64,000 bases of DNA from a virus (IMGVR_UViG_2711768659_000002:6897-70896), one strand, 5' to 3'; positions 1-10,635 are shown, counted from the first letter of the stretch. Notes: generated by a model from the sequence alone, not told the origin. A program made the numbers and translations.

Positions 1-66
1 TACAACTTTACGAAAGCTTGTCAGAAGTTTCATATCGGGCCTGAGTGGTCTTAAGGAGGGGAGAAC

Positions 67-669
67 GTGAAATATTGTTCAAAATGCAAGAAAGTCTATC
101 CGAGTGGAATTGATTGTGAATGTCTTGAAAACAACTATTCGGACAGTTACTTAAGTAAATACAATGCAGAAATGAAAGCAGTTGATTGTGAACCGATTTG
201 CAGGTGCGGATCATCAGAGAGTTTAAAGTACCATCCGCTCCATCAATGGAATTCAATAGGATTAAAAGATGACCCTGCATACTGCACTTGTGCTGAATGT
301 GACAAGAAATTGGAAGCCAGAATCGTCCGGGAAAAGTCAATGAAATATCTCGTATTCGATAGCTGCCAGGACGAAACCAAACTTTGTGATGATACAGACG
401 AGGTTGAGGAATTTCTTGAATATTATGCAAATGATTCTGAATTTGAGTCTGGGCCCTTAAATGATGTACTGATATTGAAGTTGGAGCCTTTTGACGGGAA
501 CTTAAAGGAGTCCGATTTCAAGCCTCAGAGAGATTATAAAGACGGCGAATTCACAAACCGTCCAGAGCCGAATACTCACATTGTAGTTTGGGACGGAGAT
601 ATATACAGAGTTGAGGATGTTATTGTTCCAGAACTGGAATATGACGGAGGGAGGTCGATTAGCTGGTGA
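67..669 (+). CDS. Hypothetical phage protein with Cys-rich (Zn-ribbon-like) N-terminus
   Basis: GGAGGG RBS; CxxC pairs; overlaps next gene (GTGA). Confidence 0.7.
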   Translation: MKYCSKCKKVYPSGIDCECLENNYSDSYLSKYNAEMKAVDCEPICRCGSSESLKYHPLHQWNSIGLKDDPAYCTCAECDKKLEARIVREKSMKYLVFDSCQDETKLCDDTDEVEEFLEYYANDSEFESGPLNDVLILKLEPFDGNLKESDFKPQRDYKDGEFTNRPEPNTHIVVWDGDIYRVEDVIVPELEYDGGRSISW

Positions 670-1178
670 GTGAAGTAAAGATAATTCGTAATGATAGAGG
701 GGTAGATTTCAGGCGCATTGAGAAGTTTTTGGAGTTGTTTCAAGAAAGATGTCGCAAGAAAGCTCAGGTATTTACGCAGCAAGAATCTGAGTTAAAGAAA
801 AAACGTGAAACTGAAGCTTTTGCTTATTTTGGCATTGATTCTGAAATTGAAGAAATTAAGCGAATAGATGCTGAAATTAAAAAATTCAAGGAGTTGAGAA
901 GCCAGCACGAAGAAAAAGTCCGCGATTATACACAGGGAAAGGATAAGGAAAAACGATACAACAGCTATGATTCAATAAGAGAAGGAAGCCCGATTCAGGT
1001 GTTTATTGATGTCGGAATCGCTGATGTCAGTAAAAATAAAGATGAGATTTGGGCCTTGAATCAGCAGCTTTCAAACGAACTCTGGTATGCCAGGAACTTG
1101 GAGCAGGCTATTGAGATTATGCAGGCCTTTCAAAGCAAACTTGATTCAATTAGTTTGGATGGTGATGGTAATGCTTAA
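666..1178 (+). CDS. Hypothetical coiled-coil phage protein
   Basis: ORF coupled to neighbours in the early operon. Confidence 0.7.
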   Translation: MSEVKIIRNDRGVDFRRIEKFLELFQERCRKKAQVFTQQESELKKKRETEAFAYFGIDSEIEEIKRIDAEIKKFKELRSQHEEKVRDYTQGKDKEKRYNSYDSIREGSPIQVFIDVGIADVSKNKDEIWALNQQLSNELWYARNLEQAIEIMQAFQSKLDSISLDGDGNA

Positions 1179-1512
1179 AGAAGGTAAATATTGCGAAATC
1201 CTCAATGAAGATGCTTTAGCGCTAGCGTTGTTAAAAGTATACGGCAACAAAAGTCATAACCTTAAAATCATAGCTACAGACTTTAAAACAGGTGAGTTTA
1301 AATGCGTTGAATTACATTCTGATGGTGAAGTCAAAAGTCTATATCAATTTCTTAAAAAACACTTTGAGGGCGAAGATGGAGAGCGGTTTTCACATAAAGA
1401 TTACCTTGAATTTGTAGCTGCTATGAAATCTGAGAATTGCACAGAGAACGAAATTCCTTCTGAGGTGCAATGGCGGAAAGAACTTGAAGCAGAGTTTGGG
1501 GATGGTGATTGA
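1171..1512 (+). CDS. Hypothetical phage protein
   Basis: ATG at 1171 after GGTGATGG, overlapping the upstream stop; ORF-track start 1087 is probably too early. Confidence 0.65.
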   Translation: MLKEGKYCEILNEDALALALLKVYGNKSHNLKIIATDFKTGEFKCVELHSDGEVKSLYQFLKKHFEGEDGERFSHKDYLEFVAAMKSENCTENEIPSEVQWRKELEAEFGDGD

Positions 1513-1700
1513 AGATGGGTAAATTTCAGGAATATATAGACCAAGCAATTGCAGACCTGAAGAAAAAATATGGTCAGGACGTGGAGTATCTGGTCAACGA
1601 GCACGAAAATGGGTTCGCTGTAATTACGGTGGAGGGTTTCAATAAATTAAAGGCAAGGCAAAAGGGCTTACTGTTGGGGACTTTGAAGGGGGTAAAGTAA
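1509..1700 (+). CDS. Hypothetical small phage protein
   Basis: Coupled ORF in operon. Confidence 0.6.
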   Translation: MKMGKFQEYIDQAIADLKKKYGQDVEYLVNEHENGFAVITVEGFNKLKARQKGLLLGTLKGVK

Positions 1701-1702
1701 AG

Positions 1703-3349
1703 ATGAGCAAAATAAAAAGGCTTGTAACTCGGCAGGCACTGGGAATCGAAGAGTCAGCCTACAATTTTGGAAAAGTTAATGTGATTTCTGGTGGAAATGC
1801 TCGGGGGAAAACAAGCATTCTTGAGATAATCGAAAAGGGTTACTACAACACCGATAGACGAGATAAGTTTGTTCGTACTGGTGCAGATAAGGCCTACATA
1901 GAACTTGAGACAGATGATGGAATGAGGGTTGAAAGGACTATAAACGAGGATGGAACCAGTAGCGTAAAAGTCACCAGGGATGGTATTCCGGTCCGGGCAC
2001 CGCAGACATTTCTTGACCAGTTATTCGGAGTAACTAAGGAGCGTAAAGATGTATTCGCTTTTAATCCGGTGGACTTTATGGACAAGTCACCAAAGGAACA
2101 AAGTAAGATTCTTCTTTCCATGATGCCAATATCCGTAAGCCAGAAGGATATGAATGAATGGTTTGAGGGTAATGTGCCGCCGGTTAACCCCAATATGCAC
2201 GGATTATTAGTGCTGAAAGAATTGGAAAAGTACTGGTATGATGCCCGGCACGAAGCAAATGGGGCCGTCAGAGCTACGTCTGCGGAAGTTGAAGCTTTGC
2301 AGAAGCAGCTTCCTGATAACTATGACGTAACTGAATGGGAAAGTTATTCCTTAATGGAATTGTCAGACAAAATCCGTAAAGGTGAACAGACTAATAATTA
2401 CCGCAAGCAGGCTCAGGTTCTTATTGATGGATTGGATGATAAGAAAAAGTCCATAAATGATAAATACGATCTGCAGGTTAAAGAGCAGGAAGAACTTCGG
2501 GATTTTAAAGTTCAGAGAGCGCAAAAGTCCATTGATGATCAGAAACAGGTTATCAAAGATGAAATTGAGAGCATAAAAGTCGATATTAATTCTCATAGAT
2601 CCGAAATTGAAAGGCTTAGAGCTTTAATCTTTGATGAAGAGACTGCGATTAAGAATTGTGAAACCAAAATCCAGCTCAATCAGAAAGACCTTGATAATTT
2701 TGATAATTCCATACTTGCTACGAAAACTGAATCCATAGCAAACGAAATGAATATTGCAGTTAATGCAATTGAAGAGAACCGCCAGAAGGAAATTGAAGCA
2801 GCCGAGAAACGCGCAAAAGATGCTGAAAATTATCTTGTCGAGAATCTAGAAATAGAGATTATGCCTCTTGAAGAACAATATTCACAAGCTGAGAAAATGA
2901 AAGGTTTTGTTGAGATGGCTCACAACCTTCAGAACGTCCAAACCCGCCTTGAAAATGAAACGGCTGTGGCTGAGAAATACGACAGATTTGTTGAACTATG
3001 CCGTAAGAAACCTGCTGAGCTACTGAAATCCATCAAGCTTCCTGTTGAAGGTCTTTCAATTGGAACAATCAAGAACGGCGATAAAGAGGAAAACATTGTC
3101 CTTTTTGAAGGCCAGACACTTAAGCAGCACAATACAGCCAAGCAGATCACTACCTGTATAAACATCGCCAAAGCCTATGCAAAAGATACGCCACTGAAAC
3201 TTATTTGTGTGGATAGAATTGAATCGCTTGATGAAGATGCTAGAGAAGAATTCTTCCGTCAGATTGAGTCTGATGATGAGTATCAGTATTTCGTTACCTT
3301 GGTAACTCGTGGGGAAATGAAAGTTGAATCGAAAGGGCAGGTAGGGTAA
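1703..3349 (+). CDS. AAA/SMC-Rad50-like ATPase with long coiled coil (phage recombination module)
   Basis: Walker A GGNARGKTS, central coiled coil, Walker B-like ICVDRIESLD; directly upstream of YqaJ-RecT. Confidence 0.85.
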   Translation: MSKIKRLVTRQALGIEESAYNFGKVNVISGGNARGKTSILEIIEKGYYNTDRRDKFVRTGADKAYIELETDDGMRVERTINEDGTSSVKVTRDGIPVRAPQTFLDQLFGVTKERKDVFAFNPVDFMDKSPKEQSKILLSMMPISVSQKDMNEWFEGNVPPVNPNMHGLLVLKELEKYWYDARHEANGAVRATSAEVEALQKQLPDNYDVTEWESYSLMELSDKIRKGEQTNNYRKQAQVLIDGLDDKKKSINDKYDLQVKEQEELRDFKVQRAQKSIDDQKQVIKDEIESIKVDINSHRSEIERLRALIFDEETAIKNCETKIQLNQKDLDNFDNSILATKTESIANEMNIAVNAIEENRQKEIEAAEKRAKDAENYLVENLEIEIMPLEEQYSQAEKMKGFVEMAHNLQNVQTRLENETAVAEKYDRFVELCRKKPAELLKSIKLPVEGLSIGTIKNGDKEENIVLFEGQTLKQHNTAKQITTCINIAKAYAKDTPLKLICVDRIESLDEDAREEFFRQIESDDEYQYFVTLVTRGEMKVESKGQVG

Positions 3350-4344
3350 TGAATACAGAATCAATAACAAGAAATATTAATATTCTTTCTGATGTCAGAA
3401 CTCTCTCAAACGAGCAGTGGCTTACAGTCAGAAAGACTGGAATCGGCGGTAGTGAAATAGCCGCGCTGTTCGGTAAAAGCAATTATGCAAGTCCACTATC
3501 CATCTACATGGATAAAATGTCGGATGAAATCAGAGATGAATCCTCTGAAAATGAATTTTTAGAATGGGGGAAGACTCTGGAACCATTAATCAGAGAAAAG
3601 TTCCCAGCAAAATTCAAAAAAACTACTGGTATCGATATAGAGGTTCGGGAATTTCCATACATAATGCAGTCGCTTGATTGTCAATTCATGCTTGCCAACA
3701 TTGATGGACTTGTTGCTCCGCAGCAGGATTATAAATTCAACGTTCAGGTGTCTGATGGTGAATGGGAAGAATGCTTCATACCTGCTGGATTAACCGGAAT
3801 CCTTGAAATAAAAACAGGCAGCGGCTTTACGGCGAAGAACTGGAAGGAAAATTCACTACCGGACAATTATTTTTTACAGACGCAGAGCTACCTTGGAATT
3901 ACCGGCTTATCGTACGCATTTGTTGTTGCCTTAATAGACAAGCATCTGCTGTGGCGGTACATTCCGAGAGATGATGAAATCATCACAATTATAAAAGAAA
4001 GGGTTCATGAGTTTTGGACTGAAAACATTTTGAAGAAAGTTCCACCGGCTCCGATAGGTAGCGATATTGATACCGGCATCCTGAAATCAATGTATCCTCA
4101 GGAGCTAAAGGACAAAGCGCTGAATCTTGACCATATGGCAGACAAGAGAATTCGTTACAAGCAGCTTGCCGAAGAAATCAAGAATCTGCAAAAAGAGCAG
4201 GACACAATCAAACAGGAATTCATGTCTGTTCTTGGCGATGCAGAAGTGGGATTCTGCGGTGACAAGAAGGTATCTTGGAAAATGCAGGCTGGCAGTACAT
4301 ATACGGTTACCAGACAGCCGCAAAGGATTTTACGAATAGGATAG
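3349..4344 (+). CDS. YqaJ-like viral recombinase / lambda-type exonuclease
   Basis: WLTVRKTGIGGSEIAA, MLANIDG, LEIKT, YFLQTQSYL motifs. Confidence 0.92.
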   Translation: MNTESITRNINILSDVRTLSNEQWLTVRKTGIGGSEIAALFGKSNYASPLSIYMDKMSDEIRDESSENEFLEWGKTLEPLIREKFPAKFKKTTGIDIEVREFPYIMQSLDCQFMLANIDGLVAPQQDYKFNVQVSDGEWEECFIPAGLTGILEIKTGSGFTAKNWKENSLPDNYFLQTQSYLGITGLSYAFVVALIDKHLLWRYIPRDDEIITIIKERVHEFWTENILKKVPPAPIGSDIDTGILKSMYPQELKDKALNLDHMADKRIRYKQLAEEIKNLQKEQDTIKQEFMSVLGDAEVGFCGDKKVSWKMQAGSTYTVTRQPQRILRIG

Positions 4345-4352
4345 GTGCTCTT

Positions 4353-4685
4353 ATGAAAAAAGGTTCAAAGGTTAAGTGCATAAGCACAGACAGAGATCAA
4401 AGCCAATGGGGCGGGAATGATTCTGCAGAAGAATATTTAACCATTGGCGATATATACACATTATCACGTGACCCGGAGGTTCATTCATGGCACACAAAGC
4501 TATACCTTGAGGAAGTTCCAGGAAAGAAATTCAATTCGGTGCAATTTAAAGAGGTACCTATTGAAAAAAATCCACTTTGCATGAGCTGCGGTAGAAAACA
4601 AACAAATCATCCTGATAGCCCTTATTGTCAGGAATGTGAAGATAGGATTGACCGCCCCAAAGAGTGGTTTAGCAGGAGAGCTTAA
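4353..4685 (+). CDS. Hypothetical protein with C-terminal Zn-ribbon
   Basis: ATG at 4353 after AGGTG; CxxC...CxxC. Confidence 0.6.
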   Translation: MKKGSKVKCISTDRDQSQWGGNDSAEEYLTIGDIYTLSRDPEVHSWHTKLYLEEVPGKKFNSVQFKEVPIEKNPLCMSCGRKQTNHPDSPYCQECEDRIDRPKEWFSRRA

Positions 4686-4709
4686 AAATAGATTGGAGGA
4701 TTAACTAAT

Positions 4710-5546
4710 ATGGCACAAGCAGGTAAAGGAAATGAAGAATTAAAGAATCAACTGATAAACAATCAAAATGCAATTCAGAAAGCGCCTACGGTTCAGGGGT
4801 TATTAGAAACTCCGAAATACAAGAAAAGGTTTGAAGAAATCCTTAAACACAGGGCAGCACAGTTTATGGCCAGCATTATAAATGTCTCTCGTGGCATGGA
4901 CGCGGAGCCAAACAGCATCATAATGGCTGCTGCAGTTGCTGCAAGTCTTGACCTTCCGGTTGATAAAAACCTAGGATATGCATGGATAGTGCCGTTTAAG
5001 GAAAAAGGTGTCGCCGTTGCGCAGTTTCAAATGGGTTACAAGGGTTATGTACAGTTGGCATTAAGAACAGCTCAGTACAAAGGTATTGGCGCAGTACCGG
5101 TATATGCTGGTGAAGCCAAATATTATGACGAACTGCTTGGAATATTTGAATATGAGCCTAGGGATGATATTAAGCCAGATGAGAAACCTGTCGGTTATGT
5201 TGCTAAATTTGCCCTTCTGAACGGCTTTGAAAAAGCACTATATTGGACGAGGGAAAGAGTAGAAAAGCATGCCAAGAAGTATAGTCAAACTTATAAGCGC
5301 GGCTTTGGAAGATGGACTGAAGACTTTGATGCAATGGCTCTTAAAACAGTTATAAAAACTCTTCTTTCTAAGTGGGGCATTCTCTCAATTGAGATGCAGA
5401 AAGCGCAGGCAGCTGATGGCGGTGTCATAAAAAATGATGATGTGACGAACCCAGAATCTGTTGAATATCCAGATAACTCCGATGCGATAGAAGTTGAGTA
5501 CACTGCTGAACCTTCGGATGCTCCTGAATTTCTTCAGCAAGATTAA
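4710..5546 (+). CDS. recT: RecT family single-strand annealing protein
   Basis: LGYAWIVPF, AQFQMGYKGYVQLALRT, W..DFDAMALKTV motifs; strong RBS. Confidence 0.95.
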   Translation: MAQAGKGNEELKNQLINNQNAIQKAPTVQGLLETPKYKKRFEEILKHRAAQFMASIINVSRGMDAEPNSIIMAAAVAASLDLPVDKNLGYAWIVPFKEKGVAVAQFQMGYKGYVQLALRTAQYKGIGAVPVYAGEAKYYDELLGIFEYEPRDDIKPDEKPVGYVAKFALLNGFEKALYWTRERVEKHAKKYSQTYKRGFGRWTEDFDAMALKTVIKTLLSKWGILSIEMQKAQAADGGVIKNDDVTNPESVEYPDNSDAIEVEYTAEPSDAPEFLQQD

Positions 5547-5626
5547 GCAACTCCAAACAATTCATATAGATCAGATGGCGGGGCCGGGTCGAGGTCCCTG
5601 TCCATCAATATAAAGGCGGTATGTAA

Positions 5627-6370
5627 ATGGCAAGACGCAGATATATTTCAACTGAAATTTCAATAGATAAAGCAGTTAACCGACTTGCTGTAGAATACGG
5701 AGATTTTGCGGCTCTGCTTTATACATGGATGATTCCCCACGCGGAGGATACTTGCCTGATAACTGCAGATCCATTTGAGATTAAAAACAAGGTTATGCCG
5801 GCCAGAACTGATAAAACAGAGGAAGATGTGCAGCATGCGATTGATGGAATGATAAAATTAGGTCTTGTTTCATTAATAGACGGCAAAATATTGAGTTTCC
5901 CTCCAGAATCCTTCTATAAGTACCAGACCTACATACCGGAAAAGAAACGCCGAACTTCACCGCAAAATACCGAAGAACACCGTTATCCTTCACATTCTCC
6001 TATACCTAACTTAACCTATATAGAAGAAGAGGAAGAACGTGCGCGTGAGGGTGAAGTGTTCAAATTTTTTAACCAAAACATTGGATTAATTACACCGTTT
6101 CAGGCTGAGCATATTACAAAATATTTGGATGAAGATGGTTTTGAACCCAAAATGGTACTTGAAATTCTCCGAGATAGCATAGGCATGGATAACAAATGGG
6201 GTTGGATTAAAGCTGTATTGCATAATTCAGTACTTCAAAATGTCAAAACCCTTGAACAATACCAGTCAAAGAAAGCTGAGAGAGGTAATAAAAAAGGCAG
6301 AGATGCACCCAAAAGAACAGCCAGCTTTTTAGAGATGGCAAAGGAGATGATGGAAGATGAACAAGAGTGA
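5627..6370 (+). CDS. Phage replication initiator (N-terminal DNA-binding domain plus DnaD/DnaB_2-like C-terminal domain)
   Basis: Position after RecT; internal iterons in linker; FFNQNIGLITP..WGWIKAVLHN..VKTLEQ resembles DnaD domain. Confidence 0.8.
   Translation: MARRRYISTEISIDKAVNRLAVEYGDFAALLYTWMIPHAEDTCLITADPFEIKNKVMPARTDKTEEDVQHAIDGMIKLGLVSLIDGKILSFPPESFYKYQTYIPEKKRRTSPQNTEEHRYPSHSPIPNLTYIEEEEERAREGEVFKFFNQNIGLITPFQAEHITKYLDEDGFEPKMVLEILRDSIGMDNKWGWIKAVLHNSVLQNVKTLEQYQSKKAERGNKKGRDAPKRTASFLEMAKEMMEDEQE
5950..5989 (+). repeat. Four phased 10-bp iterons inside the initiator gene (putative ori)
   Basis: ccgaacttca/ccgcaaaata/ccgaagaaca/ccgttatcct; lambda-O-like intragenic origin design. 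Confidence 0.7.
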
Positions 6371-6908
6371 GACACTTGGTATAATGGCTGCTCTTGAAAT
6401 AGCATACCCTAGATTTTATGCCAATAAGACAAAGGACGAAAAGGATGCTGCAATTAATCTATGGTCAAAACTGTTTAAGTCTGATGATGCCAAAATAGTC
6501 ACTGAAGCCGTAAATGCCATGATATGCACTCTTGAGTTCCCGCCAACTATTGCAGATATTAAAAAGAAAATAGCCTTATTGACACAGCCTAAAACCTCCA
6601 CTGAGTTAGAGGCTTGGAATAAAGTTTGGAAAGCTATCCAAGACGCTAATTACAGAGCACAGGAATATTTTGATAGCTTCCCACCACAAATTCAGCAGCT
6701 AGTTGGCAGCCCAGGACAGCTTAGAGAATGGGCATTAATGGACAGCAAGGTTATAAACAGTGTAATACAGTCAAATTTCATGCGAAGTTATAAATCAAAA
6801 ATCGAGCAAGACAAAGAATATTCGATGCTTCCGGAATCTGCGAAAAAACTTATAGCTGACCTTAGTCAGAAAATGTTGATGGATGGTGGGCAGGATGCTA
6901 AGGCCTGA
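6357..6908 (+). CDS. Replisome organiser / helicase loader-inhibitor (SPP1 G39P-like)
   Basis: AYPRF..INLW..LF..D..V.EAV..I..LEFPPTIADI pattern directly after the initiator. Confidence 0.7.
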   Translation: MNKSETLGIMAALEIAYPRFYANKTKDEKDAAINLWSKLFKSDDAKIVTEAVNAMICTLEFPPTIADIKKKIALLTQPKTSTELEAWNKVWKAIQDANYRAQEYFDSFPPQIQQLVGSPGQLREWALMDSKVINSVIQSNFMRSYKSKIEQDKEYSMLPESAKKLIADLSQKMLMDGGQDAKA

Positions 6909-7086
6909 ATACGAAAGCTTTTCCGAGTATTACGAGCATTACAAAGAAATCATTGACAAATGCATTCCCGAGGCAGTTTTAAATAGGCTGTTAGGTCGGA
7001 CGCAAAGCGGAGAGCAAATGGGGGATGCGTGGGAACCAGAGTCTGGCAAATACTACGACGAAAACGGTGAAGAGCTTCCTTTCTGA
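6895..7086 (+). CDS. Hypothetical small protein
   Basis: Coupled ORF ending EELPF. Confidence 0.55.
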   Translation: MLRPEYESFSEYYEHYKEIIDKCIPEAVLNRLLGRTQSGEQMGDAWEPESGKYYDENGEELPF

Positions 7087-7094
7087 GGTGAATC

Positions 7095-7448
7095 ATGGAC
7101 ACGAATTTGATTATAGAGCTTGAAACACTGAAAGGCCGATTGCGGAAGGCTGAAGAATACGAACGTACCAAATATATGACTGATACTCCTGAGAATAGGG
7201 ACAGGGCTGAAAAAGCCTTTCAGGAAGTTATAAAGAGAATGGACGAGATTTGGGAGCAATTGCGTCTGGTTGTTGAGCTTAATGCCAACAAGACCGTGGA
7301 ACAATGGGAACAAGATATACGGGCCTATGCCGGAAGGTTTATGGCTCCAGGGAAGATTATTGTTTACAGAAAGAGTGAGAGGATATTTGTCCGTCTGGAA
7401 CCGCCGGAGTTCTGGAAGGACCCTGTAACAAAAATTATTAATGAGTGA
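7095..7448 (+). CDS. Hypothetical phage protein
   Basis: GAGGTGA RBS; coupled to next gene. Confidence 0.65.
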   Translation: MDTNLIIELETLKGRLRKAEEYERTKYMTDTPENRDRAEKAFQEVIKRMDEIWEQLRLVVELNANKTVEQWEQDIRAYAGRFMAPGKIIVYRKSERIFVRLEPPEFWKDPVTKIINE

Positions 7449-8573
7449 GGTCGCAAATGACACCAGATGAATTTAGGCAAAAACAGAGCTTGCCAACACC
7501 GGCTAAATTTGTGCATGCAGAGATAAAAGCCTATGAATACCGTGATTGGGCAGAAGCTCATGGTTATAACATTTGCGTGAGCATAGGCGGGCTGGATAGC
7601 TTAACGCTTTATTACTTCTTAAAATCCTTAAATATTGATGTAGTTCCGGTATCAGTATCAAGCCTTGAAGATAAAAGTATTCAAAAAATTCATGAGCAAA
7701 TACCTGGAATCCAGATATTAAAACCATATAAAAGCAAAGTTGAAGTCATTGAAGAATTTGGATTTCCTGTTATTAGTAAAGCTAAAGCTCGCAAAATAGA
7801 AAACCTGCAAAAGCCGAATAACCCAAAACAAACTTTTATCCATGCAATAATGACCGGGGATATGGGTGAGCAAGGAAAGTTCCAGCATAGCAACAAAATA
7901 AAACTTCCTGATAAGTGGATTCAATTATTCGGAGGATTATATGCTGAACACAGACCGGAAATACCTTGGGAATATGCGCAATGCAAAGGTTGCGCACCGT
8001 TCAATGTTTCTCCTGAATGTTGCAAATGGATGAAAGAGAAGCCTTGCGAGGACTGGCAAAAGGCTAATAATATGATTCCTTACCTCGGGCTTGGCATCTG
8101 AGGGAGGGCAAAGAGAGCTTGGTTTAACCAAGAATGGATGCAATTATTACAGTGACACAACTATCCGAAGTTGCCCATTTGCTATATTTCAGAGACAAGA
8201 CTTATTGCAGTTAGCAATCAATCTAAAAGTACCGGTTCCAAAGATTTACGGAGAAATCGCAATAGATCGCAATGGTCATTTAAGAACTACCCGGGCACAA
8301 AGAACTGGATGTCAGATGTGTGGTTTTGGTATTCACATGGAAAAGCGACCTCATAGGTTTGATAGGCTTCGACAGGACAATTTTAAAGAATGGGAATTCT
8401 GGATGTACAGGTGCGCTACTGACCAAGTAACTGGTGAAAAGTTCGGATGGGGTAGGGTTTTAGATTATATCGGAGTGAAATGGGAGGATGAATATATTGA
8501 ATATGAGCAAACAAGCCTATTTGACTATTACCCAGATGAGCCGGACTTTGACCCGGATATAGATGAGGAGTGA
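7445..8573 (+). pseudogene. PAPS-reductase-like (PP-loop) protein split by a frameshift near 8092
   Basis: SIGGLDS PP-loop in 7445-8101; C-terminal half (SEGGQRE, RSCPF, RTGCQMCGFG) in another frame 8091-8573; CTT-G-GCA-TCT-GAG appears to lack AT of an expected LMASEGG. Confidence 0.8.
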
Positions 8574-8577
8574 TTAA

Positions 8578-10635
8578 GTGAATTTAACAGATAAAGAAAT
8601 GAAGTTGTACGTCGCGGCATTTTGCTGTGGAGCGGGCGGTCAGACACTTGGCCTTAAGCAATCCCAAAACGAATACAAGGGCATTGCAGGTGGATTTGAG
8701 ATGTTGGCCGGGTATGACAATGACCCGACAGTTATTAAGAATTATGAACGTATAACCGGGAGCAAAGGAATATGCGCCGACCTTTTTACCCGAGAGCAAT
8801 TCGTATTATTCCATGGTGAAGAACCTGGACCTGAGTGGGAAGAGCTGACTGCCGCCAAAGTCCGGGAGCAATGTGGAAAAACTCCGGATGTGGTGGTAAT
8901 GTCCCCTCCATGCAAAGGATTTAGCCGTTTACTTCAGCTACCTGAAAGAGTATTTGACCTGGTTCTTGAGGCATGGTTCGATGACCTACCAGCTATCCTG
9001 CTAATGGAAAATGTTCCTGGAATCAGAGATAAAGGACGTGGGATTGAAACCTTGAAAAAGATAAAACGCAAGCTTGCGTTACGCGGATATGTTTTTCATG
9101 AGGATTTGTACGATTGCGGTGATTGGGGAGGACTCGGGCAACATAGGGTGCGATACCTGCTAATAGCGCGATTACCTGACAAGGTTCCTGACTTTGTATT
9201 CCAGCCTCCGAAACTGCCACTCAAATCCATAGGTGATATTCTTGGTCCGTTGCCTATGCCGGGGGATATGGAAAAGGGCGGTAAAATGCACCGAATCCCA
9301 AACCTTGCATGGAGAACATGGGAACGCCTAGCTCTCATACCGGCCGGAAAGGATTGGAGAGCTCTTGAGAATTTTGGTAGAGATCAATGGAAAGGTGCAT
9401 GGAGAATAGTTCCCTGGGACGAGCCTTCAAATGCAGTCACATCATCAACAAAGGGAGTTGGACAATCAACAGGCGTTTCGGCTGTAGCAGACCCAAGGAT
9501 TGAATTTGTTCAGGGATATGGCAATAAATACAGGGTAGTTTCGGCAGATGAACCAAGTCCAACAGTAACCGGAAGTAGATTAGGCAGTGGAGCCCCAATT
9601 TATGCTGACCCGAATATCCAGAGATTTGCTGAAAGCTTCGGTACGGATTTGTTAGGTGAAATTGAAGATAACGATATAGAACCCGAAAGCATTGGTCCAA
9701 AGGTGCCAAAGTTCGCCGCCAATTCAAGTAAAGTACAGTCATGGGACGAGCCTTCTGGAACCGTAATTGGTGGGGCAGGTGTATCAAATGGTGCTTTGAA
9801 CGTGGCGGACCCACGAATCGAACATCCAACATGGCGCAGGACACAGATAAGAAAAGTGCAGGAATGGGATAAGCCGTCTGGTACGATTACAGGCTCGTCA
9901 AATCCAAGTGGAGCAGGTTCTGGAATCATTGCAGACCCAAGACTGAAATGCGATGCCAGACCAGGAGCATACGGTGTACAAAACTGGGATGATACATCAG
10001 TTACATTGACTTCAAGTATGGATGTTCACAATTTCCCTGCCGCTGTATCCGACCCGAGGTTGAATGAAAGGAATGGACGATATCCAGGTACATATAAAGT
10101 TATTCCCTGGGAGGAACCGTCAACGACAGTCATTGGCCAGACAGATATTCAAAGTGGCGCTCTCAATGTGGCAGATCCACGGAAATGGTCCGGGGCTGGA
10201 AACTACGGCGTAATGGATTGGGGTGAACCAGCAAAGACGGTTACAGCCAGCGGAGATATTCATGCCGGAGCAGCTGCTGTAGCTGACCCGAGGATTCCAG
10301 AACCAGATGATAGAGGTATCTACATAATCATTGCAGCAGATGGCACCTGGCACAGACCAATAACGACTTATGAAATGGCTATGTTGCAGGGATTCCCTAG
10401 GACCATGAGGGACGGCACTCCTTTTGAGCTCATTGATTGCAGCGACGGCAAGGCACGTGAGTATATCGGCAATGCAGTTCCTGTTCAGACAGCAACAGCT
10501 ATAGGGAATGCGCTACTTCAGACGCTTATGCCAAACATGCTGGGTGATGTTCATTGGGGATTCTCCAATTTGAAAATATGGGTAAAAAATAAGTTTGATG
10601 AGGTCAGGAGGTACTTTGATGAAGATAGCAATTGA
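8578..10635 (+). CDS. DNA cytosine-C5 methyltransferase with seven internal W-D-E-P...ADPR repeats
   Basis: Motif I FCCGAGG, catalytic SPPCKGFS, ENVPG, Q.R.R motif VIII, C-terminal LQGFP and IGNAVP. Confidence 0.92.
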   Translation: MNLTDKEMKLYVAAFCCGAGGQTLGLKQSQNEYKGIAGGFEMLAGYDNDPTVIKNYERITGSKGICADLFTREQFVLFHGEEPGPEWEELTAAKVREQCGKTPDVVVMSPPCKGFSRLLQLPERVFDLVLEAWFDDLPAILLMENVPGIRDKGRGIETLKKIKRKLALRGYVFHEDLYDCGDWGGLGQHRVRYLLIARLPDKVPDFVFQPPKLPLKSIGDILGPLPMPGDMEKGGKMHRIPNLAWRTWERLALIPAGKDWRALENFGRDQWKGAWRIVPWDEPSNAVTSSTKGVGQSTGVSAVADPRIEFVQGYGNKYRVVSADEPSPTVTGSRLGSGAPIYADPNIQRFAESFGTDLLGEIEDNDIEPESIGPKVPKFAANSSKVQSWDEPSGTVIGGAGVSNGALNVADPRIEHPTWRRTQIRKVQEWDKPSGTITGSSNPSGAGSGIIADPRLKCDARPGAYGVQNWDDTSVTLTSSMDVHNFPAAVSDPRLNERNGRYPGTYKVIPWEEPSTTVIGQTDIQSGALNVADPRKWSGAGNYGVMDWGEPAKTVTASGDIHAGAAAVADPRIPEPDDRGIYIIIAADGTWHRPITTYEMAMLQGFPRTMRDGTPFELIDCSDGKAREYIGNAVPVQTATAIGNALLQTLMPNMLGDVHWGFSNLKIWVKNKFDEVRRYFDEDSN

